Source of the DNA: Octopus bimaculoides
Taxonomy: Eukaryota
Assembly (NCBI RefSeq): GCF_001194135.2
Contig: NC_068986.1
Span: forward strand, 7,606,219-7,670,218
Length of the DNA: 64,000 nt
Direction of reading: 5' to 3'
The notes beneath the pieces are model-generated. The model ran no database searches. It saw only the letters and a list, made by a program, of their open reading frames with translations, and had not been told where the DNA came from. Shown piece after piece: positions 1-12,900 of the stretch; position 1 is the stretch's first letter, and the number at the start of each line of letters is the position of its first letter. A program made the position numbers and the translations under genes.

Positions 1-720
1 AATCAAGATTACTGGTATTCTCTTGTATGCGGTATGCATACCCATGCATAATTTTCTACTGATATAATGAGAATTTATTTCTTTTTCAAGTGTCTGTTTA
101 AGCAAGTCAGTCCAGCCGCCATTGCTTCATATAGAGCAGCTTTATATGCAGAGCAGTTATTCAAGAATTTTTCGCTCAACTTCATTAAATTATTTCTTTT
201 CTGTTGATGCACTCATTTTTCGCTGGATTGATCAGTAGGTGATGTTTACGGAACATGAGGCATTTAAAGGCCGTCTGAATTAATCTTATGCTTGTACCTA
301 CAACTCTACGTTTAACCTGGATCTTGTCAGTACCACTCTTTATGAAGAAGTTACCAATCACTGTTAGTATCTTTCTACTTCTAGTGTGCATATCGCCGAT
401 TCATCAAGTCTTTAGTCTAATTTCTCAAATACTGGTGCGAGAACTAGCACTGAGAATACATCTGGCATTGACGTGTATCCTTTACTTTCACCATTTATTC
501 ATCTCATTCTGTCCATCATTATCTTTCGCTTCCCCTTTATCTCCGTCCTAGTGCTGATGCTATAATAAAAGGCGCCCAGTTCGTTCTATGAAGTATTGTA
601 TTGTTAGGAATCATTAATCTTGTCGAAGACTTCACTACGTCGCTATTGTGTGTACTACAAAACTTCATCCAGTTACATACTGTATTAGGACGGGCATCCA
701 GCTGTAGAAACTAGGCAAAA
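1..720 (-). mobile_element. Degenerate R4/Dong-like non-LTR retrotransposon fragment (region C-terminal to the RT core)
   Basis: Minus frame reads ...DMHTRSRKILTVIGNFFIKSGTDKIQVKRRVVGTSIRLIQTAF, matching the DxxTRKILT..GNFHxxSDxDRLYxxRxxGGRG segment typical of R4-clade LINEs; stops upstream; 5' boundary approximate. Confidence 0.6.
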
Positions 721-814
721 AATTACGCAAGATGTGGTCCTCCAATTCATCTGGAAGAGCAGCAACGGCCCATCCAATACATACCAACATGAAAAGCAAA
801 AGGGAAAAACTGTA

Positions 815-898
815 GTGATAATGACGATGATGGTGATGAGGATAATATTAATGATGCTAATGAAGATGATGATGATCATGATGATGATGATGATGATT

Positions 899-932
<34 letters not shown>

Positions 933-946
933 GGTTGATGATGACG
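815..946. repeat. (GAT)n microsatellite
   Basis: Direct reading; explains poly-Met/poly-Ile ORFs 734..952 and 685..960. Confidence 0.95.
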
Positions 947-3900
947 ACATAGACACACATTTATATAATAGGAAGGAAGGTACAATATACGAAAGGGTAC
1001 ACAACAGTTGAACATAAAGTGTCAAACGTTTTAGTCAACATCTTAACTTGCATTTACTTTACAGGAATAACAGTTGCAGCCTCGATGTATTTTCTAGTAA
1101 TTTCGGTTAATCCATGTTGTTGATTGCAGTAAAACTTTTTCTAATCCTGTAGATAAAGGATAGGAGGGAAAGAATTAGTAGTAGCATAACTTGAAGTTAT
1201 ATCCAGCTACCGCATAATATATATGTAGATGTATATATGTACTTATAGAGCGTATTTGCGTACGAGAATGCGTGCGTGTGCGCGCACGTGTGTGCCTGTC
1301 TGTGTGTCTGTTTTGGTTTACAGCTGAAAATTCAAGTCTTCGCTGGAGAGAATCTCCGCCCAAATTACGGGCTTTCTGACAACAAAATGTTGAAAAAGAA
1401 ACTCGAAATGTTTCGTTTTCACGCCTAAGTTTCCGTGTGATTACAAGATGCGCAGTAATCTAGAACTGCTGATAGATGAAGGAGTTATTCAGACGTTCCC
1501 TCGAGAATTATACCGACAGTCCCTCCTTGTCCACGAATACCCCACTATTTTTATTTCTTTCCTAACCGCCATCCTCCCTGAGAATTCCCATTGATCAGAT
1601 CTAAAACGCATTCCATCGCTGGTGATTTTATTTAGGCAATTAGTTTCACTAATGATAAGTGTTGTCTTACAGATAAATGAATATCGATTAAACATCAATA
1701 CAGCAAATCATTAAATAATTCTATATATAGTTGTCTTCTGAAATTCGAAATGTACAGACTAATACTAACCTTATGAACTTGTCTACTAGATTTTGTTTAT
1801 TCTCAGTAGATATATGTTCATTAACCTTTCTCTTTTTTCAGAGACCTCAAGAAAATTGAAAGAGACCGAAATTTCAGATTCTGATTATAGAATTACCGAA
1901 ATAGAAAAAAACACAACAACTCAGTAACAAGTTTATTGTTACTGCCAGATACCAAAAATTTAAAAATAATAACTAACACTAAACTGACATAAATGTCTTT
2001 AAAAATACTTTATCTCAACGTTTGGAAATACAATAAGCCGAGTCATAGAATCATATAGAGAAACAATAACGCTAGTCATAAAGATAAAACAATAGAATTC
2101 ATTAGTTACATACTAATTTATTTCCAAAGACTAAAAAGAAAATACTTTCACTGAATTTGAATTTCTTTCAGTTAAAAAACTTTAAGAGAATATTGATATT
2201 TGTTTTATTTATTTATTTCTTAATTTATCTAATACTAAAACTTCTAAATTTTTACACCTTAATTATTCAATTGTAAAGAAATATTTATTTCGAAAAAAAT
2301 ACAATATAGCGTTTTTTTTTTCATTCATTCTTAATTTTAAGAGCAAAACATTTTGTTGATAACAGAAATGTATATTATGTTTTGTATTTATTTTCTAATT
2401 ATTGTTGGTGCTGGAAAATTACTTTAATGGTTAATGTCTCTAAATTTTCATAAAAAGAATGCATTCGTTTCTTTAGTATTTTCGAAACTATTCTAATAAC
2501 CGAGAACACGACTGAATGATCTCCTTCTGAATAAAAGACTTAGTTCTCTACTAGAATGAGAAAATGATTTCAGAATATGTAGATAAAGATGCTTGAAAGT
2601 TCAATCGTTGTTTTCAGAAAGATATTTTCTGGTCACCATTGTTAATAGAAAGAAAATATTTGAAACGTTGGAATGAAAGTTAACAGGGAACGAATAAATT
2701 CCCTATATAATATCATCGTAGAAGTTACTGAAGACATTAGCTTAGGATATTTCACTTGAGTTGCTCTTTAACACAATGTATAAAAACATACAGAAACCTT
2801 ATTCATTGAATATATAAGGACCATTATCAACAATCAACATACTATTCAAGACAGCAACTATTATTCATTTGTTCATTGAACAAATCTCACTACCACTTAG
2901 GCTGCTGATACTGGGATAACAAGAAAGCCACATGTTCTTATTCTACTTAACCTAAAGTGGTCGTACATTCTTCTAAGGCAATTAAACCATCACTTTAACA
3001 TTGCCTCTGTTTTATCATCACTTCATTTACCCACATACGTGGGTATGGATCTGCATATTAATTTATCAAATGTTCAGTGTTCGACCGTATTCTAGCTTTG
3101 TTCTTTAACACTATCTTGTAGCCTATTGTATTCAGGATTGGCGATTCGTTTTTAAGTTCTTATGGAATTGTAGTTTGTGAAATATTTAGCTCTTAACTGT
3201 ACTTATATAACAATTGCTTACAGGCTGTTATGTTGGCTGAGCTCCATTTTATATTTATTTGGAACCAGCGAAGAAAGAGGCCGGAAGATGAATTTAACAA
3301 GTTAAGAAAAAAAAGAACTTGGTTAAGTGAAGCATGAGATGCTAAAGCACATCTCTGTGCAATAAAACAATTGAATTCTAAAATAAGGCAAATAAGGCTT
3401 TTTTCATATAAAGAAATCATGTATGAACACCGTCATTATCCTTGTGGTAAAATAATGGTTTCTTTAATATTTTCCGAGATGAGAGCTGGTTATATTTAGA
3501 TGTAATTAAATGTTACTTGAATTTAAACATGAATGAGATGCCTTTAAAATATAATGGCACCCTACAGAAATAATTTCATTGCAGCCTTAATCACTTCATC
3601 TCGAAGGTAGTAATTTGTTTGATACTTTTGAAGGCTGAAGATACCATTCTGGACTAATGGTATCCCTCATCTAGACAAGGAGAATGAACAGACTTCTTAT
3701 AGTAAGCAACTTGGAGAGATGTCAGCAGGAGAAGCACTTAATTTATTTATATTTTCAGATAAGTCTCTTTTAAGCCATCGAAGCCAAACGTGTTATTCTC
3801 TGCACTCCTTATCCAATGACAAGAATATAATGTTACTGAAAATATTTTATTTCATATCATGTCATACTGTTTGCTGTATTTTGATACTGTATAATATTGC

Positions 3901-4081
3901 TTAGTTGAATATTAGTGCCGTGTGAGGATACATTTCCACGCAGGGTATTAGCTAAAGTAGCAAAGCTCAAATGAAATTGGAAAACATTCTTACATTGATA
4001 ATGTAATCCTGCTGATTCATTTACTGACTCCGAGACATGAACTGATTTAGAATTATTGTGTCCTCATGGTAGCTGTATATA

Positions 4082-4790
4082 CCGAGTGCGAAAGATATTT
4101 GAACACATATTTAATGAAACAACTCTAGAAACAAAACAAATGTATTTAAATAAAAAATTTGAGTGAATGTTCTTGATAAGCAATCTTAGAAGTTATTTTA
4201 TGAACCTGCCTTCAACTTTGATGCCTGATTCAAGGCAAATCCGGAATCATTCATATACTAGCATTTAATGGTCTTTATTTCGGACAGTAACAGCCTTCAG
4301 TGAAGATATGGGATTGCGAGGATGTCGAATAGCATCCCTTTCAGCAATAATCGACACGTAATAATCTATGAGATATAAATCTGACGAATTTGGAGGCCAC
4401 AAGTTTGGTGTTACATGATCGTAAAGATCGTCTGACATCCGAGCTTGGGTTAGGTTGCTTTGTGAGACGATGTTGAGTTTTTTTAGAAACACGTATGGCC
4501 CTCCACTGCGTACTTTATCAAACCAGGATGTAACAACTGTCTCTAGCATATCAATGTATCCCATCAGGATTAATTCTAAAACCTTGTAAAAAGATGTGAG
4601 GTGGAATGGCATGACACTCGTAGCACCCCACTCCCAAAACCATCACAGTTGCTGGAAACTCAGGGGATATCAGAGGAATCTGCACAAAGCCATATGTAAT
4701 TTCTCATGTTAGACCTCTGGTCTAAACTGAAGATTTTCTCACCAGAAAAGAACCAAAATATGTCATGTTTGAGAGGTTTTTAAATTTAAG
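4082..4790 (-). mobile_element. maT/DD37D-like (Tc1/mariner superfamily) transposase remnant
   Basis: Minus-strand pieces FFSGEKIF, FPATVMVLGV, YIDMLETVVTSW, GPYVF, DHVTPNLWPPNSSDLYLIDYYV and a C-terminal ...IKVEGRFIK* (stop 4193-4195); frameshifted; terminal TA at 4080-4081. Confidence 0.75.
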
Positions 4791-5279
4791 TAATCATTTT
4801 TCACAGATTAAACAGTTTCCCTGTGTCTTTCTGGACGTAAAATGACAACTCCCTCCTCAATATATACGGCTTGTACTGAGTGGTCTAGTGTACCGCAGTT
4901 CTAATAGTCCACTCCAATACACGCAGTTCTTTGGCGATGGTCCTCTTTGATTTTCCAGGACTATCATCCATAAATTTTGGAACCTACTGGATGAAATGCG
5001 GTATCCTTATAGTGTCCGAACGTTCAGAATGTGTTTTTGCTTTTGTTGATACAGGTGAAACATTCTTACTAGAGGCTTCCAATTTTATGCAACCTGTGTA
5101 CAATAGATATTACAACATTTAGAAAGTTGGAAATTCCTAAATCGTTCTGCTCCGCATACATGGCAACAACAACTGCATGTCTTTCATATCTTGTGCCAGC
5201 GTTTTATCTGCAGTGGGGGATCTGAAAATAATTTAAACCACTGATATTATTTGAAAAGAGTAATTTCTTTTGGAAGCAA

Positions 5280-5408
5280 TTCAAACTTTGTATGTGACCA
5301 TACCTCGTAGAATTCAAACTGTAATTACTGCCAAAGGCAGTCCTATTCCATATCAAAATATATTTGTTTGAAATTTTAAGGTGTTTCCATTATTTTGTCC
5401 AACCCCTG
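5280..5408 (+). mobile_element. Tc1-like transposon 3' end remnant
   Basis: TLYVTIPRRIQTVITAKGSPIPY resembles the Tc1 C-terminus (SMPRRxxAVIxAKGGxTxY); ends ...gtccaacccctg followed by TA. A possible further piece (SPDLSPI/WNLLDE-like) lies near 4950-5000. Confidence 0.55.
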
Positions 5409-5821
5409 TACATATATACTGAGAAGTCCATGAACAATTTAAAAGAAAGTCCTGATAAAAGACATAGAAATAACAGAGGACAATGTCGAAGTATTATTTC
5501 AAACATTGCAAAAAATAGACAGAAATAACTTCAAAATTTCGGATATACGTTCTTCATTTGAATGAAAGGGAAAAAACAAGATGTAGAGATGGACAATAAA
5601 AAAAAAAAGGCAAACTGAAACAACGAATATAAAACTGAAAGAGAAAAATGTTAAGGCACCGAAAATTTCGTGTAACTTAAGCCAGCGATATATTGTGCAG
5701 TTGAATAATGAAAGTAGGGAAGACAATGATTGAGTAATAGTAAGTGCGTGTATAACTAGAGCGAATGTGTGATAGCTTACAACAGCGCTGCGTGCGCATT
5801 TGAGCGTGTGTATGTTCTGTG

Positions 5822-6054
5822 TTATTTCTTTACTACCCACAAGGGGCTACACACAGAGGGGACAAACAAGGACAGACAAAGGGATTAAGTCGATTAAATC
5901 GACCCCAGTGCGTAACTGGTACTTATTTAATCGACCCCGAAAGGATGAAAGGCAAAGTCGACCTCGGCGGAATTTGAATTCAGAACGTAGCGGCAGACGA
6001 AATACCGCTAAGCATTTCGCCCGGCGTGCTACCGTTTCTGCCAGCTCGCCGCCT
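5822..6054 (-). mobile_element. tRNA-derived SINE, family A (octopus-type), full length
   Basis: Minus strand starts ggcggcgagctggcagaaacggtagc (A-box-like) and has gaattcaaattcc (B-box-like); five related copies elsewhere in this window. Confidence 0.85.
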
Positions 6055-6247
6055 GTGTGAATGGATAATGTATGATAGAGTTGGAAACTTAACCCAGGAA
6101 GCCAAATCGCCAGACGAAAAACGCGTTCCTGTTTTCTCAGACTGGATGCTCCATATCTGTGTGTATATATACATACAGAGGTGAACACACATATATGCAT
6201 ATATATGTATGCATACATACATACACATATGGGCATGCATACATTTA

Positions 6248-6292
<45 letters not shown>

Positions 6293-7744
6293 GCACATAA
6301 ACACACACACAAACACATGTATATACACAGAGAGAAAGTGCAGATTACAAAGTCAATATATTAACTGTATTAGGATTATTTGAAATGTAATTTTCAAGAA
6401 AATATCCTATATTACATTGACGTTAGTCATAAGAGATATTGGAAATCTATTGGCATAGATCTCTAATAGGCGTTTCATACAATTCGCTCTTGTGCGAAGC
6501 GCTAATGATATATGAATATGTGATTAGAGCGATAAGACTAATATTTCCTCGTATCAGCATGGTATTGATCTTTAATAAAAGCCAAAGCATTCATATGTTG
6601 TGATAAAGGAACAGAAATAGGAAAACATTTTTCAGTGTGTCATTGAACGGACCCCAGCAAATGTAGGATCCTACAAATTTATAATCATAAAACTTCAAAG
6701 GTTTTTTTTTGCGAGAAGCTTAATTCGTATCCAGTCGACAAATTGAGCTTTTCATTTTGGTTATCACAAGTTTTAAGAACACAACTTGCTCCATTCGACT
6801 GGAAAGTGAACAATCTTTCTTATTCAAATATTAATAGAATTTCTCTCATCATAAAAAACAAAGAAAGCAAAACATATTTTCACAGAATATAGTATTGGTA
6901 TTTGAAATCATATGCAAATATTTAAAGATATTTTCATTGAATATTATTCATGAAATATTTCAAACTACAGATACTTTAATTCCTTGCCTGGCTAGTTTTA
7001 TTTTTGCCCGATCCTCAAAGGAATCAAATAAAAATTTCGTCAATGGGAAGGTATTAATTAGGTTTTCTTCGTCGATGTTTCTATAAAAATGAAATATAAA
7101 TCATAAACAATACACTTTCGCCCGATAGATGATGCATGTATTTCAACTTATTTTGAGTTTGTTCATCAATAAACTCCCGTACAACCTCTGATGTTACAGC
7201 AAAATTTTATTTATTCTTCATCGTTTGATCATGTTGGCATGCTGTTCCGAACAATTAAATATGTACATGTATACTCGTGTATACATTTTATCCCAGATAA
7301 GGAATATTTTGCATAATCCAACTATATATGCATTACATACACACAGGCATACATACAAACATAATTTATGAAAAATTAAGATAAACACGATTTATATTAT
7401 GAAATCCTGCGAATGTTTCCCCACTATGGTTGGTTCAAAGCCTGCGTTGTGCGTTCTAAGTTCATTGGATGCTTAACCAGAACAGATTTCCAGGGAACAC
7501 TTCAAGTTACAAAGAACTAACGTGAAGAGTTGGATAGATGGGGATGCATTTTATAAATATTGTGAGGGAAATACAAGGAAAGTAATTGGCAGAAAGAGAA
7601 GAAGACAAAATGAACTACGAAACAAGAAACAGGGAAAGTGAAAGAGAAGACAAAAAGAGAGAACGAAGAGAGAAAGAATTAGAGAAGAAAAAAATATCTA
7701 CATACCTACCTTTGTATGCATATCTCTTCTACTTTTTAATTATT

Positions 7745-8873
7745 ATAAATCTTCCACTGAGGAAGGAGCCGGTTTCCAACAAAGATACAAGGCTCCCTCT
7801 TTGGCATGTAATTAACATAAACAAATTCACATTTGGGACTTGAAAAAAAAATCTAGCATATTTTTACTCTTCCACTTGTAATGTACGAATTAGCCGGTCG
7901 ATCCTCTTTTAAGCATTTACTAACAAAACCTAGTCCTCCAATTATTATTGGTATGAATATTAATTCATAGTCTGGATATAAAAGCTGGAGGCTTCAAAGC
8001 AGTTATCCATAAATATCCTCTTTTTCTTTGATTTTCAAAGTGATATTTATATCTGCAGGACAGCATGACCTCTATAATGGTACATACCTCTGCCCCTCTG
8101 TCCCAAAAGCAATATCCGGCCTGTTATGTTTACATTTGACAGAAGTTTAGTGATGAGGATATTCCACCAGTATTCCTTGAGTTGGTGTTTATGAATGTAT
8201 TCCATAACAGAGGGATTTTCTAAGTTTATTTCAGGATAGTCTTTTTGTGGATGACATTGTAAATTGCTTTAGCAGTAACAACATGCCGATTAGGGAGGTA
8301 GTCCCGTGACGACATTTTAGGACAGCTGCTAATCACACATGCGTAATGTCTTCCTCAGAAACATGACATAGCCTACACATGCGGTGGCACTTTGGGATTA
8401 CAAGCGCGTCACTGTCTCTCTTGTTCATCAGGTACTTTGTGACAATCTCCTGTTCCTGGATTGCAAACGAATAGCCTTCAAAGTGTAATGTGATGTATTG
8501 GCCTTGTGTCGAAGAGAGATTGCGCTTCGTATCAATTCTACTGTCTTCTTCAAGCTTCCGGGCAACATACAGTTGTAAGGGTGAGCATTCTTGTCCATTT
8601 CTTTGTGAGTCTCTCTATAGCAGCAATTAATGTAGTAGATACTTTTACCAGATGTAGACACTTCAACAGCCATGAATGAGGGATAGAGTCGAATGCCTTC
8701 TTATAGTCAAGCCATACTGTCACAAGGTTTCTGCGTCGTTTTCTTACTTCAAACAGTACAGCTTTGTTTATTAAAAGTTGTTCGGCACATTCCCACACTC
8801 CCTTCTTTCTCCAAGCCTGTTCATCAGTCACAATGTTGTTCGGCTCACAATGGTCCGATGTTCACGGTGCCAT
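7745..8873 (-). mobile_element. R4/Dong-like LINE, 5'-truncated and internally deleted (RT start joined to CCHC finger, REL endonuclease and 3' UTR)
   Basis: KGVWECAEQLLINKAV...VWLDYKKAFDSIPHSWL (RT), then after about 8570 EGYSFAIQEQEI, CRLCHVSEEDITHVISSC (CX2CX8HX4C), RH and HNRPD (REL); 3' UTR similar to 10500-10580. Confidence 0.85.
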
Positions 8874-8874
8874 T

Positions 8875-8969
8875 ATGTATGTATGTATGTATGTATGTAT
8901 GTATGTATGTATGTATGTATGTATGTATGTATGTATGCATGAATGTATGTATGTATGTATGTATGTATG

Positions 8970-9003
<34 letters not shown>

Positions 9004-9103
9004 TGAATATATGATTGCATGTATGTACGTATGTATGTATGTACGTATGTATGTATGTGTGTATGTATGTATGTATGTATGTATGTATGTATGTATGTAT
9101 GTA
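8875..9103. repeat. (ATGT)n microsatellite
   Basis: Direct reading; source of MYVC/IHTY ORFs. Confidence 0.95.
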
Positions 9104-10441
9104 TCAGGTGACCCCATAAGTTCTGTCCGAATTTTGAATAAAAAAAAACAAGTGATCAAATGTTATATTTAATTGAAATTTAATCATCAATGTTCTTTCC
9201 CTGATTATCTATGACTTCCTTCCATCTATTTACAAGCTTTTTAATCCCTCAATGTATAAATCTTTTGGTTTCAAAGCGAAGAACTCCGAAATGTCAGTTT
9301 CGACCTCCTCCTGACTTGCGAAAGTTATGTCACCCAAATGATTCTGTAAACTACGAAACAAATGGTAGTCTGAAGGAGCAAGGTCGGGAGAATAAGTTGG
9401 ATGAGGAATTTTTCCCTAACCAAGCTCTTTGATCTTCTGTGACGTGATCTTTGCAGTGTAGAGTCGCGCATTGTCCTGATGAAACATCACTCCTTTTCGA
9501 TTCACTAAAGCGGGACTGTTTTCTTCAAAGCTTGGTTCAAACGCTCTAATTGCTGATAGTAAACTTGAGCATTGATTGTTGCATTAGGTGGTAACAATTC
9601 AAAGTGAATTACTCCTTTGCAACCCCACCAGATAGAGAAAAGAACCTTTTTTCACATGAAGCTCCCTTCTCGGTTGTGGTTGAGCTTTTCCCCTTTTACC
9701 AAGACACTGTTTACGACGTTTAACATTTCAATAGAAGATCCATTTTTCGTCACCAGTCACAAGTCAACCCAAAAAGGGTGAAATGAGTTCGCAAGAATGG
9801 TGAGAAGAGCAGATGTCAACTCGGGATTTGCGGTTTCTTTCGGACAATTCATGTGGCACACATTTTCCAAGTTTAGGAACCTTTCCAAGTTATTGAAGAT
9901 GACGATGAACAGGTGTGGGTTTGATCTAAGCTTTATTGCCAATTCTTCCTCTGATAATGCAGTATTTTCTTCAAGTAATGCCACAAAGAGCTTATCATCA
10001 AACTCAACTGGACGTCCTGTTCGATCTTCATCTTCAAGGCTGAAATCTCCACTTCTGANNNNNNNNNNTGTTCGATCTTCATCTTCAAGGCTGAAATCTC
10101 CACTTCTGAATTTTGCAAACCATCTTCTGCAAGTTCTTTCATTCAAGCATTCTTTCCCATAAACTGAGGTTATGTTTCGAGTCGCTTCGGCTGCAGAGTT
10201 TCCTTTTTTGTACTAATGAAGCATTATGTGCCTCAAATGCTCTTTGGATACTTCCATGTTAGAAAGGGTTTTAATCAAAGAAATTTTAATTCTATTATTC
10301 TGTAAAATAATATTTAATTAGTTTAAATGTACACAAATGCATAAAAATAATTTTTAATTCCATTAGACATTCTAACATATTATTAAATTTTATTCAATTT
10401 TAAAAAAGGTAAAATCGGACAGAACTTATGGGATGACCTGA
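9104..10441 (-). mobile_element. Full-length mariner (DD34D) DNA transposon, inactivated
   Basis: 27-bp TIRs tcaggt(g/c)a(c/t)cccataagttctgtccga at 9104 and (reverse) ending 10441, TA on both flanks. Transposase pseudogene 10257 to 9180: MEVSKEHLRHIMLH*, RRWFAKFRSGDFSLEDEDRTGRP, FHQDNAR...YSPDLAPSDYHLF with 34 residues between the Asp residues; stops and frameshifts. Confidence 0.95.
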
Positions 10442-10489
10442 TATGTATATATGTGTGCTTGCTTGCATGCATGCATGTATGTATGTTTG

Positions 10490-11203
10490 TCTTCTGTTTT
10501 TAATCATTTAGAGTCTTCCTATGAAGAAGGTGTTGGTTTCTAACAAAGATGTAAAGCTCTATCATTGGAATGTAGATAATGAAAACAATGTCACATTTTA
10601 AACCGGAGAAGAGTCTTGCATAAGTTTACTGTCCCGCTAAGAGATTGTATTTGTAATGTGAGCGCCTGTTGGTTGATTTCTTTCTCTGAAAATTCAAGCT
10701 TATTTAGACTGACAGTTTGACAATTACTTACAAAACCAAGTGCTCCAATTATTACTGGTATAAATGTTAATTTGTAATCCGGATACAGAAGCTGGAGGTT
10801 TCGGAGCAATTATCCATATGTATCCTCTTTTCATAGATATCTTCTTTTCAGCTTGCCTCTATGACTGTACATATTTTTTCTTGTCTGTCCCAACCAACAG
10901 TATCCAGCATGTTATGCTTACTCTTGACAGATGTTTTTATGGGAATGTTCCACCAATATTCCTTGTACTGTTATTTGTGTACGTATTCAATAACAGCTAG
11001 ATTCTCTATATTTATTCCAGGACAGTATTTGTTTCCGAATGGCATTGTAGATTGTTTTTGTAACAACGCCATATTGCATAGAGACTTAGTTACTTGATGA
11101 CATTCTGGGGCAGCTTCTAATAACATCTGTGATGTCTTCCACAGGAATATGATTTGATCTACATTTTCGACTGCATATCTTGGAACCCCAAGGGCTTCAC
11201 TTC
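10490..11203 (-). mobile_element. R4/Dong-like LINE 3' fragment (finger remnant, REL, 3' UTR)
   Basis: KCRSNHIPVEDITDVIRSCP, then LRNLQLLYPDYKLTFIPVIIGALG...GTVNLCKTLLRFKM*; homologous to 7745-8500; flanked on both sides by ATGT-type repeats. Confidence 0.85.
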
Positions 11204-11284
11204 ATGTATGTATGCATGTAATTATGTACGTACATCTGTATGTGCGCGTGTGTCTATGTATATACATACATACACACGCGGGCA

Positions 11285-11323
<39 letters not shown>

Positions 11324-12494
11324 AGTACATACATACATATAGATCAGATACTTAGGTAGTTCTGGTGTTGTTTACGCGCATGAGTTTGTGTTTCAGTATC
11401 TTAGTTACTTCCAATAAGAAATCTTTATTAGAGATTGTGTCATTAACAAAAGGATGGTGTAAATACATCTAAATTCCTGTGATCTACAAACGTATCTAAT
11501 CTAATTTATTCAGTAGTAATGAAAGTATCGGAAGAAAAAAAAAAAGAAGTTTTCTTTTGCTATATATGTTCAAACTCATCTCAGGCAACCGTTAACAAGC
11601 AAAAACGGAAAGGAAATATATACATTTTTTTTTAATTCGGAAGGACCTACTTTACTTAACGAAATGAAAAACCGATAGATTCAATATGAAAAAGAAAACA
11701 ACACATAATTAAAAACACAATATCAATATAAAAAAAACACACTGAAAAGAACAGCGAGGATGAAGTAAATCTCAGCAAATACATAGAGGAGAATACACAG
11801 TGGCAATTGTAAGCAATTCTTTCAAAAGTTCCAAGTATTTGATTCAAATGTATAATATTCAATGGAACGATTGATAAAGACAGGAAGATAACACTGAAGG
11901 ATACAGTCATAAACGGAAGGTAAATTATTCTAGAACAGAATGTGGAACAAAAATATCAGATGAAATTATAGGATATAAACAGGACCGAGAAGGAAAATGA
12001 TATGGAATTAGAATTTCACCAAAAGTAAGATCTGCCATAGGTAGCGAGGACTCATTAATTTTAAGAACTGCAATTAACTGGAAATTCTTCAGCGTTTACG
12101 ATGACCAACTTTACAGTCACAAATTATCCAGTTTCCTGCTGAAGTACTTAAACTCATGAATACATGACGATGGCATTGGAAAAGAACTGAAAGTGAACAT
12201 CTGGATGTTTGCCTAAGGTGATCACAATATTTAGTAGCACCAACAGCGATAACATTGTGAATTGTATGGATGGACTTAAGCGATAATATTGTAAATTGTG
12301 TGGAAAACAGTACGGCTTTAAATTGGCCAAGTCCTGAGAGGTTGATTGCAATACGTTAAGGTTTACATCCTGGATCTCTATGGTCAAATACTGCAGCAGT
12401 CTATTTTGAGAGGTATTGAGCCATTGGTGGCTTTCGAACATAAATACAATTTACAATATTATTGATCAAATCCATCCATACGGTTTATAATATA

Positions 12495-12721
12495 TTTATT
12501 TCTTTATTGTCCAAAGGGGACTAAACATAGAGGGGACAAATAAGGTCAGACAAAGGGATTAAGTCGATTACATCGACCCCAGTGCGTAACTGGTACTTAT
12601 TTTATCGAAAGGATGAAAGGCAAAGTCGACCTCGGTGGAATTTGAACTCAGAACGTAACGGCAGACGAAATGCCTCTAAGCATTTCACCCGGCGTGCTAA
12701 CGTTTCTGCCAGCTCGCCGCT
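12495..12721 (-). mobile_element. tRNA-derived SINE, family A
   Basis: High similarity to 5822-6054 over the whole length. Confidence 0.85.
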
Positions 12722-12729
12722 CTTATAAT

Positions 12730-12900
12730 ATATTTGCTCAAGTCCATCCACCTTTTACGTCTTCTAATAGTCTTGCTCACAGATGCCCTATATATTGTTT
12801 CAGGTGACAAATCTATCATCATAACCCTCTTAACTCCTCGTCTCATTCATGTCCGCTTGATGTTCGTACTCCCCGTGCCCACTGCTCATTCGCGTTATTC
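12730..12900 (-). mobile_element. Possible RTE-like LINE 3' remnant
   Basis: Minus frame MRRGVKRVMMIDL...IRRRKRWMDL resembles the RTE C-terminal GRPRKRWxD motif; short and degenerate. Confidence 0.25.

Noticed and set aside
1065-3904. Several plus-strand acceptor/donor pairs with short frames (e.g. 1842, 3221, 3634)
   Set aside because: They cannot be chained into a consistent recognisable protein; signals are at background level.
10018-10109. 41-bp direct repeat in the mariner giving RSGDFSLEDEDRT twice
   Set aside because: The copies flank a 10-N gap (10059-10068): a typical unmerged contig overlap, not a biological duplication.
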